Of a DNA stretch of 64,000 nt, positions 25,285 to 38,382 are shown in pieces. Both the position numbers and the translations under genes were made by a program. Within the stretch, counting starts at the first letter, position 1. Each line of letters begins with the position of its first letter. The notes below the pieces were generated by a model, which did not search any database, was not told the origin of the DNA, and saw only the letters and a list, made by a program, of their open reading frames with translations. Source of the DNA: Spizellomyces punctatus DAOM BR117 (lineage: Eukaryota); NCBI GenBank assembly GCA_000182565.2, contig KQ257452.1, one strand, 5' to 3'.

Positions 25285-26073
25285 TTAAGCAGTCAAAGTT
25301 CCTTTGGTGCTTGGAACGTCATTTGGTGCTCCCGAGGGCGAAATGGCCTCACGCAGTGCAACTGCAAGAGCTTTGAAAGCAGACTCCGCACTATGAGGAA
25401 GAGCAATAATGTAAGCGATAATTCCGTGAGCGGATACACGGGCCGTGGCCATACCGGTGATGATCATTAAATCCCCTGATCACATCAACATGAACCGTCA
25501 ATCCAGCGCTGGTAGCAAAGCTCTCGATAACGTGAGGAATCATCTCACAGCTCAGATCGCCAATTTTCTCCCTCTTCAATCCCAACTCCACCACAGCATG
25601 GGGTCTCCCCGAAACATCCACAACAGCTCGAGATAGCGCTTCGTCCAATGGAGCATACGCGTAACCAAAACGCTTTATACCGGTAGGTGGGCCCAGCGCT
25701 TGCTTGAAGGCGTAGCCAAGGGCAATGGCACAGTCCTCAGCGGTATGGTGATCGTCAATATGAAGGTCGCCCTTGCAGGTGAGAGTAAGAGACCAGCGGG
25801 AGTGCTTTGCTAGCGCATGTAGCATCTGTTCGCATCAAAGGCGTCAAAGATATATCAGTGCATGCTGTTTATTGCAAGGTCTTATTTGGAGGCTCCTGTT
25901 CTTCCTTTTTGCAGTTCCCTCTACACAGCCTTAAAACTTACATGGTCGAGAAATCCAACCCCTGTGTTGACCTCAATCGACTGGGCTTGATACTGATCGA
26001 GTGCGAGGTTGACATGAATGTCCGTCTCGTTCGTCTTTCGTGAAATGGTCGCCGTTTTCGTTGTTTGTGTCAT
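25285..26073 (-). CDS. HIS3: Imidazoleglycerol-phosphate dehydratase
   Basis: [69 protein letters not shown]. Confidence 0.97.
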
Positions 26074-26132
26074 GTTGTTGCAATGGTGTGAAATGGCGGA
26101 CGACCCCATCAAACGCAGTAGTTTGATACTCG

Positions 26133-26146
26133 GTTGCCATGGCAAC
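26133..26146. promoter_or_regulatory. Perfect palindromic X-box upstream of HIS3
   Basis: GTTGCCATGGCAAC, about 60 bp upstream of the HIS3 ATG. Confidence 0.65.
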
Positions 26147-27070
26147 AGTAGATCTTTGGGATCTAATCGCTCAGCCTTTGACATTTGCAAAGACCTTTCA
26201 TTTCTACGGCGAATAGGCACCGCCAACACTCAAGCAAGTCGTCTCAAACATGACCGTGAATGCGACAGGTGCAGGAGCGATATCTTTGTGACTCGATGTG
26301 CCGTCGGGCCATCATCAAAGATTGATCTTGCGGTTGTAGTTTTGTTGGAGATCTGAACGTTTATATGCAAGGAGCTATTGATCTAGTCGATTGCTCGATT
26401 GGTTGAGCGTTTCTTGTTATCAAATAATGGTAGATTACCAGGGCAGGATAGCGAAGACCGGCCATGCTTGGGGCCGAGGGAAACCAGTAGATGGAGAAGG
26501 GACGTATATACACTATCCTCCCAACTTCGTCTCTGAACAAGATGTACAGAACATGTCACTATCACCAACAAATCCCCACAGGGCCTCCCTTTTATTCACC
26601 AATGCGTTATGCTCCCTCACTGGATTATTGGACACTCTTTCTTGTCTGTATCCTCTCAACCCGATCGGGTTGTACGCCCACCGTGAGCTGCACCCCTTTA
26701 TTGGCTGCACATCTTCTTCTTTGATCTCATCATTCTCTTGTTTACCTTCTCTTTGGAGCCTCAGTCTCACTCTCTGGATTTACATCTTCTTGAGAGTCGC
26801 ATCCACACCCGGGCACATGTATCGCATAGAGCGTTTCCGCTGGCGATCCGTCCTCGGTATATGCATACGCTACATTTGAGGCCATGTTCTCGCATATTCA
26901 CATCGTGCAGCAGTCACATCCGTCTTATGAATTACACTGTATCTGTTCAGGTTTCTTCCTCTTCCTCTTGAGGTATCGCACTGGTGGGCTGTGCCACATG
27001 CGCGAGCTGATTAGGTAAAACTGATCACCGAAAGTTGGTCCGAACGGTATTCACGCTCGTCTAAAAAAGC

Positions 27071-29539
27071 ATGTCCAGATCCGCACCTTTTCGCCGCACC
27101 TGCCCAGAAATTGTACAGAAACGAATTGAATATGCTCGTGAACTTCAGTTTTTTGTGGTGCAAGAATTGGGCCCCATGGCGTTTATTATCAAGGAGCCAA
27201 ATGCCCCCTCACCATCGCCCGATTCAGTGACTGCCAACAGAACAGGTCGAAAATTTAAAGTGGGACTTGGATCGCTGCAAACCTGTACTTGCTCTTCATT
27301 TATGAAGGATGGCGAGCTTTGCCATCACACGGTAAGTCCAAATTATGGACGATATGTGTCATATTTGACAGTGTGAGACATCTTCTGAGCGGCATATCTT
27401 GTTATTCCGTTCTCCTCAGCTTTGGGTAATGCTTAAGGTTTTTGGAGTGCCCCAAGATAGCGATATACTGTATCAGCAGTCACTGGTAGAAAGAGAGATT
27501 GCGGAGCTTATGAGATATCGAAATCACCGTGTAGGTTCCGCTGCGGGATGGATACCTTCGGTCCTGTGCTAAACTCTATATGGGGGCTGTAGCGACCCAC
27601 ACTACCACCACCTGAGGCTTCACCCAAGACTTCTTCGGAAACCTCCAGTGAAGCGGGGATACCTCCGCGTCCAATACAAGAAAATGACATCTGGTAAGAT
27701 GAACTGAAATCAAAACAAGACAGATTGTACTCACTTCTTATTGCAGTCCGATATGCCAAGAAGAATTGATCTCATCGTCTTCATCTCTGACGTACTGCAA
27801 AACCAGCTGCGGGAACCACATGCACGTCAAATGTGTCAGAGTCCTCATGGAACATCAGAGCAAAAGCATGGGACTGGATACTGTGAAATGCCCAGTACGT
27901 CATTCTATCAGCTCTCATCTGCCATTTTGACAATTATATTCTCACCTTTGGATATGTTTAGCTGTGCCGAAAGGATTTAGGAACTGTCGAGGAGCTCAAA
28001 ACCCAATTGTCCGCCGAAGAGAAAGGGGATCGGCAAAAGAGAAAAGAAAAGACCAGGAAGCCAGCATTGCACAAAGGTACGGGAAAGAAGTATTGATAAC
28101 CTGATCCCATGGCTTCATCTATGTCACTACGACTAGGAACGTCATGTCAAGAATGCGGATGTCTCTCTATTGTCGGAAAGTGTCATCGGTATGTTATACA
28201 TGAAGCTACATGCACGAAGCAATTCTGACCGCGTTACAGATGCACTGTTTGTCAGGTACTACAACTGTCACACGCAATATGTGTGCCTTGTCGATGCTGA
28301 TGTCGACAGCAAATAGAGCTACCATCTCTGTGATAAATGCTTCACATCTGGGGCGCACAGTGATCACACATTCACACACCGATCCCGCCCGAATTCCCCA
28401 TCTCGCCTATCCCCACGTCGTGTTGCACCGACATTTCCCCAAGCTGTTCTAGAAGACATGCAGACTCGGGAGCTGGGCGATGCAGACTATGAGGCCCTTC
28501 TGGCACTGGATTCACCAGGAGTGAATCAAGGCGATATCCCATTACATGTTGTCAACGGATTTCCAACGGACCGTGCGGTCGGAAAGAACTGGGTTGGAGA
28601 TTCGTGTAAGGTTTGTATGCAAAAAATCCAGACAGGGGACGTTGTGAGAAAAATACCATGCTCGCATGGCTTTCATAGGAATTGCATCGGTACGTGCTCT
28701 TGGTCCGGCTAACGAAATGGAGATGATTGCTAACCTTTCCGCTTTAAGATCGCTGGCTCTTGCAATGCCGTACAACTTGTCCGACATGCGGCCTTGCGGC
28801 GTACTCGTCCATTACGGCCGATTCCATTGATACTACTACCGGCGTTGGCGATCCCATCGATCTTAATGCTGCAAACTATCAGGCTGCTAAATATCCTGAT
28901 AAAACAAAGCGCAAAAAGAAGCGCAAAGAAAAGAAAGCTGTGCAGCAGCAATCCTCCGAGGAGCACACTCGTGCAAGTGACAGCTCACTGAATGCGATGA
29001 TTATTTTCGGATCCAGGAGTGAATTGATGACCAAATTAAATCCAGAAGAAATGCAAATCTGTATAGCAGGTGATCATGCTTTCGCAGACCAGACGGGGGG
29101 AAGTACTTCTGGAGCCACGGCGGATAGCGTTATGAATGCTCCATTTTCCCGACAAACCTCATTTCGATCTCCAATAGAAGGCAAGATGAGTCCAACAACT
29201 TCCAGTGACCGCCGCAACAAGCAAGTGCTCATGGGAATCCGAGGCCGGCAACCGCAAAGTGTCCTAAAGGCCACTAAAACCGTCTCCGAAGGCATTACCC
29301 TACCTCCAATCCACATTAAAGGGATTCATGGCATTTGTAGCCCTCTTCCCCAAAAGGATAACCCCAACCCCAACCCCAACCCACACAAAGCACGAAAGGC
29401 TAAATTGCGTCCACAAAAACTGTCGTTTAGTGCTGGTAGACATGGGACGTCAGGGCAAGATACTTCGCTGAACGACCTTGTAAGCACAAGACAGCTGTCA
29501 ATAGGTCCCCAAATGCAGAGACCATTGGTCGACATGTAA
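27071..29539 (+). CDS. ZSWIM2: ZSWIM2-like E3 ubiquitin ligase (SWIM, RING, ZZ, RING-H2)
   Basis: FKVGLGSLQTCTC...LCHH (SWIM), CPICQEEL...CGNHMHVKC...CPLCR (RING), CQEC...HRCTVC...LCDKCF (ZZ), RELGDADYEALLALD, CKVCM...PCSHGFHRNCIDRWL...CPTC. Confidence 0.85.
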
Positions 29540-29668
29540 AAATGGCATTTATGCGGCAAGTGTAATGTAGATATGGCAATAAAAATGCCTTCCCATTGGG
29601 GACTTCACCAAATTAGTGGCACATGCTAGCGGGTGTTCAGTATGTCTGTATTCATTGTCCAAAGCATC

Positions 29669-31969
29669 TTATAGACCTCCTTTTGTTATTCCACGCAGTA
29701 GTCGTTGAATGAGTTCATCATTCTAGCCGTCACCAAAGAATTAGAATAGTGAACATAGTTCGTTTTCCTTTTTTCAAATACCTGAATTATGACGGCTTTT
29801 GCGCTGCTGATCTTTTCGAGCTAGTTGAAATAAAAGCAAGCGTCAGCATGTACTGCGGGCATGAGTGATTATTAAGGCTGCTTCTGCTCAAATTGACATA
29901 CTTGTTCGTCAATTGCATTTTCAATGTCTCTTAATTGTGTTTCTAGGGCGGTAGTGCCTTCTTGTGTTGTACTAGAATAGCTTGTTAACCCTTGTACTGC
30001 TCATGCATACTTTAGCATGCTCACCTGAGCTCCATATCTAAGACGCTTTGGTACTTCTGCCGCTCTTTTCTCCACATTTCAAGCTCCCTGTTCATGCTAT
30101 CAATATCTTCCTGCATGTAGTCCATGGTTTTACCAAGAGGATTTGTGCTCCGTGTGAGCGCTTGAATCCAGTTTCGGAGAGCTTCAATCTAAGGTAGATG
30201 TCAATCTCAATGCATTATAGCGCTTGGCAAGTGCCAAGATGTGGAGTCGTATCATACCTCCTTCTTTCCGCCCGTGCGGTCCTTGGCTGTTTTGGCTCGA
30301 TCCTTGCTTTCTTCCACTTCTTTGGTCCCTTCCAGCTCCTGCTTCGTTTGGAGAATTGTTCGGACGAGACCACCTATATGGTGACGCTTTTGAGCATAGA
30401 GGACAGGACCTAAGAGAGGTTTTTGTATCTACCATGTTTCTCATCTGCCAGTGGCCCCTCTTCTCTCCCGGTCTAGTGATATGGTTGAGCATCCTAACCG
30501 TAAGGAAATGCAAAGCTGTCTGCTATCGACATACCGGCGCCAGCACGTCTTCATCGTCATGGGCTATTACTACAAACTGGTCATCGTCATCTTGTTTCCT
30601 TTCCGTGAATATTGCTGGTAGGTCCCTGATATGCGCCAAAGCACTAGGTTAAATATTGTGAAGCGCAAAGAGTGTCGACTAGAAAACTACTTTGGAACTT
30701 CCTCCAAAACAACTTCAGGCGCCCTCTGTCTTGGAGGAGCTGGCCGAGCGCTTGCTGGTCGCATACGACGTGGAGTTGAGGCAACTCTTGCTTGCCGATC
30801 CTCGAGGTCCATTTCAGCTGTCCGAACGGATTCTTCTGGAACTGTTTGGCAGTAATTTCCGTTAATTTACTAGGTATTTTCTTGCTAAAGGATAGTACAT
30901 GTACCTGCTTCTTCCAAAGCTGGCTGTGGAAGCGCTCGTCCCTGCGAGGGGGCGACGGCTTCCACAGATGGTGGCAACCGACTTTCAGAAGATAGTTGGG
31001 GAGACGGCTTTGAAGGGGGCGGCGTTGCAGCTGATACTTGTGGTGATCTGAATTGCGACTGCGGTGATTGTGGTGACGGCTCTGTTGCGGGAGGGGTCTG
31101 TGGTTTTAGTGGCTGGTGCTGTGGTTGTGTTTTCTGCGCGGAATGATCTCTGGCTCCCCTTGAAGTTTGCGGTCGAGCATCTAATGCAGGATCTGATTTT
31201 CCTTTTTGTAAATCAGATAGGCTTCCTGAATCCCTGTATCAATAACATGCTCAATTCTTTAGTCCATACTCGGGTTAAATTCCAGCTGTCAAAATGAAGG
31301 AATTACCCGGCCTTTGTAGATCTTCCTGCTGAGAGAGACTCCTTGGAACCACGTCGTTTCCCTTGGTGCTCTCCCACAAGGACGCGCTTGACGGCATCGG
31401 AACTGTCCACCTGAATACATTATTAGCAAGAATCACTGGCTCGTTTCCTTGAAAAGTACACCACCTTTTTCAATACCGCCTTTCCTAAGAGCTGCAGCAG
31501 AAAGTTTGTTTCTTCTGGCTCCAATCCGGCAACAATTTTTAATGGAGATGCCTTCACTTCGACTCCAGTTGCAATTCCTGCAAGTAAGAGGCACAAGTTA
31601 TAGTCTGCCGTCATTTTTCGAGTAGATATTCTTCAGGACAATGAACGCACCAACGCAGTCAATTATCTTTGTCAAGTACGCAATTTTGGCATCTTTTTCC
31701 TAGATCCTCCCGCGCATCAGTCGCTGGGTTGATCAGAAAATTAACTCAAGGCAAATTTAAAGTGTTCCCACCTTGACATTTTCAGAATTCATTTCAATCT
31801 CATCATATAGCCCTTTGGCAAATTCGGTTGTGTTAATGATCTCGCTAATGAGGTCATGAAGATAACGGAACGGCGGTTTGGAAAGGAGCTTTGGCGTCAG
31901 AGGAGGCTTTTTAATAATGCGGCCGAGGATGTCTGCTGTTTTTTTGATTGCATCCTCGAGTGTCGACAT
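29669..31969 (-). CDS. IFT54: Intraflagellar transport protein IFT54/TRAF3IP1/MIP-T3
   Basis: [83 protein letters not shown]. Confidence 0.93.
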
Positions 31970-32275
31970 TTTCGAGTTTTACCGTCTCCACTTCCGTGAT
32001 GGACAGGCCGGTTACGTTTTTAGCTTGTGAAATACGAAAGCCGAAGCGTGGTAGTGAGCAGCCAAACTGTCAGATCTACGAGTTCTTCCTGATTTTTATC
32101 TCATACGCTACTAGTAAAAGGTTGCTCAAAGTGCTGCCGGTCTTTCAGGTTTTACGACATGCCAACTAGGCCAGAGTCGATCAGATAAGCAAACGCGTCG
32201 CGGGCCCAAGCCACACTGTCGCGTCTCTGCTTTGGAAGTTGACTTTCTCGTTTTTGTTTTTCACTGCTTCCCACC

Positions 32276-35200
32276 ATGCGGACCAGAGATATTAGAGGAT
32301 TTCATCCTCCTTCATGGGCTTATGCGCTAGGCATTTTTCTTTCTGTGACTACGCTATGTGTCCCCCTGTCCTCCGCCGAAATGTCCGTATCCGCATCCCT
32401 CACGATTCCAGATTGTGCCAGTGGTCTGTATTGGAGTCCAATACTGATGGCCTGCACAGCCTGTCCTACCAGTGAAAATGAGATTCTTGGTCCTAAAGGT
32501 TGGTACTGGAAGGGAGTACGGATCTGAGCAAATGAACTTACTTATCGGAAGGGACGTGATCCAGGGTCATGTGTATGTAGTGTTGGCTATGCACGAAATC
32601 AAGTCAATGGACGCTGTGAAGCATGTCCGGCAGGAAAGGTATGCGGTTTGCTGAATCTTGAATTTCTCTTGAAGAATAATTCTCAACGCTTGTTGCAGGT
32701 TGGATCTACCGATGAGAGCTTTTGCATTGGTTGTGCCTCACCAGCATCACAAACTGTTCTCGCGCAAACTGGTAGCCAATGCACTTGCGGTTCTATGGAA
32801 TATCTCGGTATGTTGTTTATGGCGCCTTGATCTGCCTGACTAGGGTAACATTATTTTGCATATGATTGAAGTGGATCGCAACGCCACTGGCAGACTTGAT
32901 ACCGCCATCTGTACATCCTGTCCAGCCAATTCCCACCCCAGTTTAGATTTATCTACATGTGTAGAATGTCCGGATCCAGGAATGAATGCTGTCAACAGTA
33001 GCGGCAGCTATAGTTGCGTTTGTCGGACCGATCTGGGTTATAGCGCAACTCCAGTAAGTAACGATACTTGAGTCCGGATCGCCTTTACAAGATATCTGAT
33101 AGTCAAGCGTATCAGCAAGACCATACATGCCTTCTTTCGACAGACATTAGCCAGATAAATTCTTTGATCGGCAGCACGAATCCAAATACAATTACATATC
33201 ATGTACGTGCACTATTCTTGGGTTGCATCATTCAGTTCTAATGTCGCTTACAGAATCTAGTTGGACCGGAGGGCACCATCACGCCCATTACCATTACATC
33301 AGACGTATTTGCTTCCCTATTTATGAAGGCGGCTTCCCAATGCCTGGTACTTATTCGCCTTGCGGAATATTTTGGTTATATGGAACACACGTTAACCGTT
33401 GTCAAACCTTGGCCAATAGCGCCAGCAGATTTCCCAAGCTTGTCAGGCGCTGGCTAATCTCTGCGTGCTCCAGTTATACGATTTTTCGACGGCACCCTGT
33501 CAAGTCTATCAGTCGATTATACGAGGACAGTCGTCCGTGGCAGATACACTTGACGCGTGAGTAGAGTAGCCTTTGCTACTGCCCAAGTAATCTCCTAACA
33601 TTCAAATATGAAAAGGCCCCAAGGTTTGCCATGGCTATACTATGGTCTACTGAGCTCCCAGGAATCTACAACGTTTACAAGTCAAGTGCTTAATCTCACA
33701 GTGGATATCGGTTCTGGAGCGGTATCTACATTTCGACCTCTTGTTCGTAGTGCAATCATTAGTTTAAGACGCCTGTGATATCTGTAGGGTGTATCTCGTT
33801 TACCATTTGTCATGTCTACTTATTCGTTGAACGGAACATATCTGGGTTTGCAGAAGCTGACCACCCAGCTACAGGTGGGTACTCTTTTGCGTCGAACACA
33901 GTGGAGCAGAAGCTGACACGATACGTAGCTTTGCACTGCAGTGCCTAGTGAGCGAGCAGATGATTGGCGCCAGATTGGATACGACTACGTAGCATCGTGC
34001 ACAATAGATTTGGCAAGTGCCATCAATTCCACTTCTGCTGCCACCTTTTACGATTTATGTAAGGAACATGAATATCCTAAACTATCACCCCACATAATTC
34101 AAATACCTTTCTCTTGGTAGTTATAGAGGATAGTTTGGGGATATTGAAAGCTGTACCAACACGCTTTATCAACTATCGTACACTTGCTGGACGCCAACCT
34201 AATCTGAATGCCGATCCTCTCGACTACGGCTCCAGTGTTCTTTTCCGCCGGTTTTTCAGCATTGACGATGTAAGTGGAGTCCAAGGCGGAATTTTAAAGG
34301 TTATTCGAGTGCCCCTTTCGATGACGTTCTGGTAAATGCAGCGTATTCGCATTCATTCTCTGAACCGACGTTAACTGTAAACTTGTTGAGGCAGGATTCG
34401 TAAGGCAGATTCAGATGGGCGGATTTACATACCAGTCCTTGATGTCACATATACAGAGCGAGACGTTTCCACACTCTCAGCACAGACAAGTATCTCTTTG
34501 CAGGTGAATAATCTGTTGTGTGGCAGGCCTTCAATACAATCTTCCGCTGACTCGGGATCAGTTTGTTTTCTCTGCTCTATATATCATGCATCTGGACAGC
34601 TTCTGGCGAGTCATGACTGTCGTGTTTTCACTGGTCTGTGCTACGGCAGGACTGCTGGCTTTGTACAGTGCCAGAGCATGGAGTACGAGAAATCTGACTG
34701 TATCGCAAGGATGGGATTTCAATGTAAGTGCTCTCGCTGAATTTGATAAACAGTTTGTTGAGGTTAATGATTTGTTCCAGTTCTTGAGTAGATGCATTCT
34801 CATTCTCGCTGGATGTCTAGCACCATTACTTTTCTGGTTCTTGCTTGCCGTATCCGCGTATTGGTTCTTCTTTTATAAGAACCAAACCGTGATGAAAGTC
34901 CTCTTACCATGGTCGGATTCCGATCTGCACAAGTTCAATGCAATTGTCGTTGCTACACTTGTCTGCCAGGTTTGTATTGGGTTTAGCAATACAGGGTTTT
35001 ATGCCCAGTGCCCAGATCGGTAATTTGTTGACGGTTTCCCGCAGAGCGCTTACATTATCAAACAACTTTACGAGCAATGTACAATCGACATTTTCTTCAT
35101 CGATTGGGAACGGAGTCGTGGGAAGGTTATGGCTGCCGGCGGTGAAGGGAAGCCACGGCTGGCAGCTGTAAGTGTGTGGAGGAGCATATTCATGATGAAT

Positions 35201-36650
35201 GAGTGGAACAAGATGCAGGTGCGAGCGAGCGCATTCGCTTCGAAAAGTAAAGTATCTCATAACAGATTTCACAGACATATCGCCGGGTGAATATCGGGTT
35301 TTCGCTTCTGGCCATGTACTTTATAGTCGAGGGGCTCAAAGTTCGATATGCTGCTACTCCTCAACCGAATATTCACGACCTTACTCCTGGGCTAGTAAGC
35401 CCCATTTTGCTATTTGCAGTCGAATGTCTACTGTGGATTTTGCTCGCCGTTGGCCAAGTGAGAACTATCAAACTGCATAATGCTATACACGGCACTATCT
35501 AACTTCAAGATCAGATCCTTTTTCGTGCGGTTATCTATGAGAGATTCTACAAGGATAAACTGCTGGATTTTGTCGATGTTTTATCCATGGCAAACTTGAG
35601 CATTCTAGCGTTCGACGAATTGTGCCATGGCTATTACATTCATGGTCGCTCCGTCCACCCGTGCGCTGACACAAATATCGGAGAGCTGAATGCATTCTTG
35701 CGTAGGGAACAGGTACCCTTGGATTACTTGAACAGATATATACTTCTTACTTTATTGCTAACTTACATCTTGCAAATCATAGGCCGACTTGGTACCAAGG
35801 CGTGGAATGCAAGATACGGATCAGCAGTGCTTTGAAGTATATACACAAAAAGAGATGCGCTCCGCGTTTAACAAAGTGTATTCAATCGTGATTGCTGAAG
35901 TGGTATGTACGGTCATTATAGTATGGTCATATATGCGAATTCAAAGATGTTGCTTGGATTTCCTAGGAGGCACAAACTGCAGGCAATGTTGCTGCCCGAC
36001 TACGTATGGATGAATGGCATTTTATTTCGAATATTTATGCTATACATTGGTTTTTTCTAATTTTTGAACTTTTTAGAGCGTCTATCTGCTGACAAAATGC
36101 AGCGGCGATTCAACGGAGCTGATGAAACCCGTGTTCGCGCATACGAAACTGTCAACCACTTTGTAAGATCGTTTTTTGATAAGGTACGACCTTGTTCTTT
36201 AATCGCAGCTGGAATGAATGAAACGAAAGTCATGGATCAGTAACCGCTTCGTTCCTTAATCAGAACCTAAAAGAATTCCAATATCATATCCGGGAACGTA
36301 CATATTTTGAACGCTTCTTGGGTACCACTCCGGACGTATCACAGAACACTGTGCTTTTCCACAGTACGTTGATACTTCGGCTTTGCTCAATGTGATTCCG
36401 ACATGTCAATCTAATCACACTTTACCCAGCACCTTCATCTTTCACGAGACTTCTGTTGTACGGTATCGAATACCATCTCCTGATATTGTACATCCTGATT
36501 TTCACGGTGGCGGATAACGGGTTGGAAAATACTGGTGCAGCAGCAATTATAACGTACGGTGTAGATGTTGTGATACGGGTGATACGAAAGCATTTTGGGG
36601 CAAGCAATTTGGCGAGGAAGACAATGATGGATAGGAAGTTTTTAATTTAG
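32276..36650 (+). CDS. TMEM67: Meckelin (TMEM67/MKS3), ciliary transition-zone protein
   Basis: Signal peptide, Cys-rich repeats, ACQALANLCVL, LPWLYY, RRFFSIDDVSG, DIFFIDWER, VSVWRSIFMMNEWN, HGYYIHGRSVH, NLARKTMMDRKFLI. Confidence 0.95.
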
Positions 36651-36704
36651 TTCTCACTTTTTGTATTTTTGTCAGTAAGATAATTCGAGGGGTATGCTTA
36701 CCGT

Positions 36705-38129
36705 TCAGTCGACATCGGCAATAGTTGCTTCAACCTTAATCATTTCCAAGTCGGCTGGAATAGGCGGTCTTTTGATGAGCACTTTAATGATGGTCCACCA
36801 AGAACGAACGTGGCTCATCAAAGAACCATCTGATGACGAGGCAGTCGCAGTTGGGGGAGGCGGCGCATGGTGCAGTCGTACTGATCCTGAGTCCACTTGA
36901 ACCATCGGGGTGTTTGCCTGGTTTGGTCTGGGACCGACACTTCGCTTTGACCTCATAGTCCAGGGATCCGGGCCTGCCCCACATTCGTACTCCTTCTCGA
37001 GTTCGATAAAACGCCAGGTGGGCATTCCTAGATAGACTGACATACAGAATATTAATCAGCTCGCTCCATGACATAGCATACATACTGGCCATGCTTACTA
37101 AGTTTGCAATGGAAAATTGTTAGCGTGAGTCCCGCGCCTCCTGTAAACATCATAACGCAGGCATAAACAAACAGGACGGCCGCAATCACTTGGGATGTCC
37201 CTGAATGGTCGTTCAAGATTCGGCCCACTGTTCAAAATAAGCATCGGTGAGCGGCAAATATCGCTCTAACGAGGGCGATGACCTACCGGTGGCATGAAAC
37301 ATAGTGGGTTCTTTGAAGTACAAGGCAAATGCATACAGAGATATCGCAGCACTCCAAAATGCAAAAAGCCAGCCGAAAACCAGAGCACCAAAGAAAGTTG
37401 GGTAATTCCTACGGCCGATGTCTTGCCCAAGAAAATCGCAATGGTGATCAAATCCATCAACGCATCTATTGCAGGGCTTGCAGTGTTTTGTGTTTTCATC
37501 AACCTTCACTTGGCATATGTGGCAATAATGCGTTTCTTTATTGATGACTGGAACTCCGCGAAGCTTGGTAAATCGGACATTACGCTCCACGTCAGCTGCC
37601 GGAACTCGGGGATCCTCCGTGTCCACAGAGCCTGTGTAGGCAGCCAAGAGAAACGCCAAGGCGGCAAAAGCTCCAGGAAGAACAGTGAAAGTAATGCGTT
37701 CTGTTCCAGAAAAGAAGCGAACGACCAGAAAATAGTATCCAAGAAGACCCAAGATGAACCACGACAGCAGGAAAACCGTTTCAACTTAATGACCCATACA
37801 TGTCAGCCATGCAACAAGGAATGCAACTTTTGAATCCGTAGTTAATTACCTTGAAAGGGTCTTTGCCACATATTCATCTTCCACCATGCGTTAAAGTTTG
37901 CGGGGCCCGAGGTAGCGGAGCTGTGATAGCGCTCCGTAGATGTGACCATCAAAGGCAGTTTGATTTTTGCCGGCATGCGAGGAATTCGTTTGCCGTTCGA
38001 ATAGTATTGAATTGGACGAGGCCGAGGTGGTTCTGGATCAATATCGGTATATACCGCCAATGGATCATCGTTGGGTCTTGTGGTCCCCATCGATGAATGT
38101 TGCGACGAATTTGAGTTTGAATGTGCCAT
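36705..38129 (-). CDS. DHHC palmitoyltransferase (ZDHHC1/11-like)
   Basis: WQRPFQ, YCHICQVKV...KHCKPCNRCVDGFDHHC...GRRNY, with flanking TM helices. Confidence 0.88.
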
Positions 38130-38382
38130 GGTTTTTTGGGCAAGAGATGATGGAGAAATATCTAAATGGAAAAGAATGTTTCTGTTACCCTTTTTCAATA
38201 TACCCCGTTGTTATTTACGTATTTCTCCGAATTCGACGTCAGCGAACTGGAAACCCTTGGAAGGGTTGAGGGTCGGAGGATTTCATACGTAGCCCTTACG
38301 TGATCAAAAACTAAGCCACTCCTGGCACCGTCGAATGCACCAACCAGCCCTTGCGCCTGGGCATCACCATTTTGGCCAAAAC

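Noticed and set aside
29360-29383. (AACCCC)n repeat resembling a telomeric repeat
   Set aside because: Only about 3-4 units, in frame in ZSWIM2 (NPNPNPNP).
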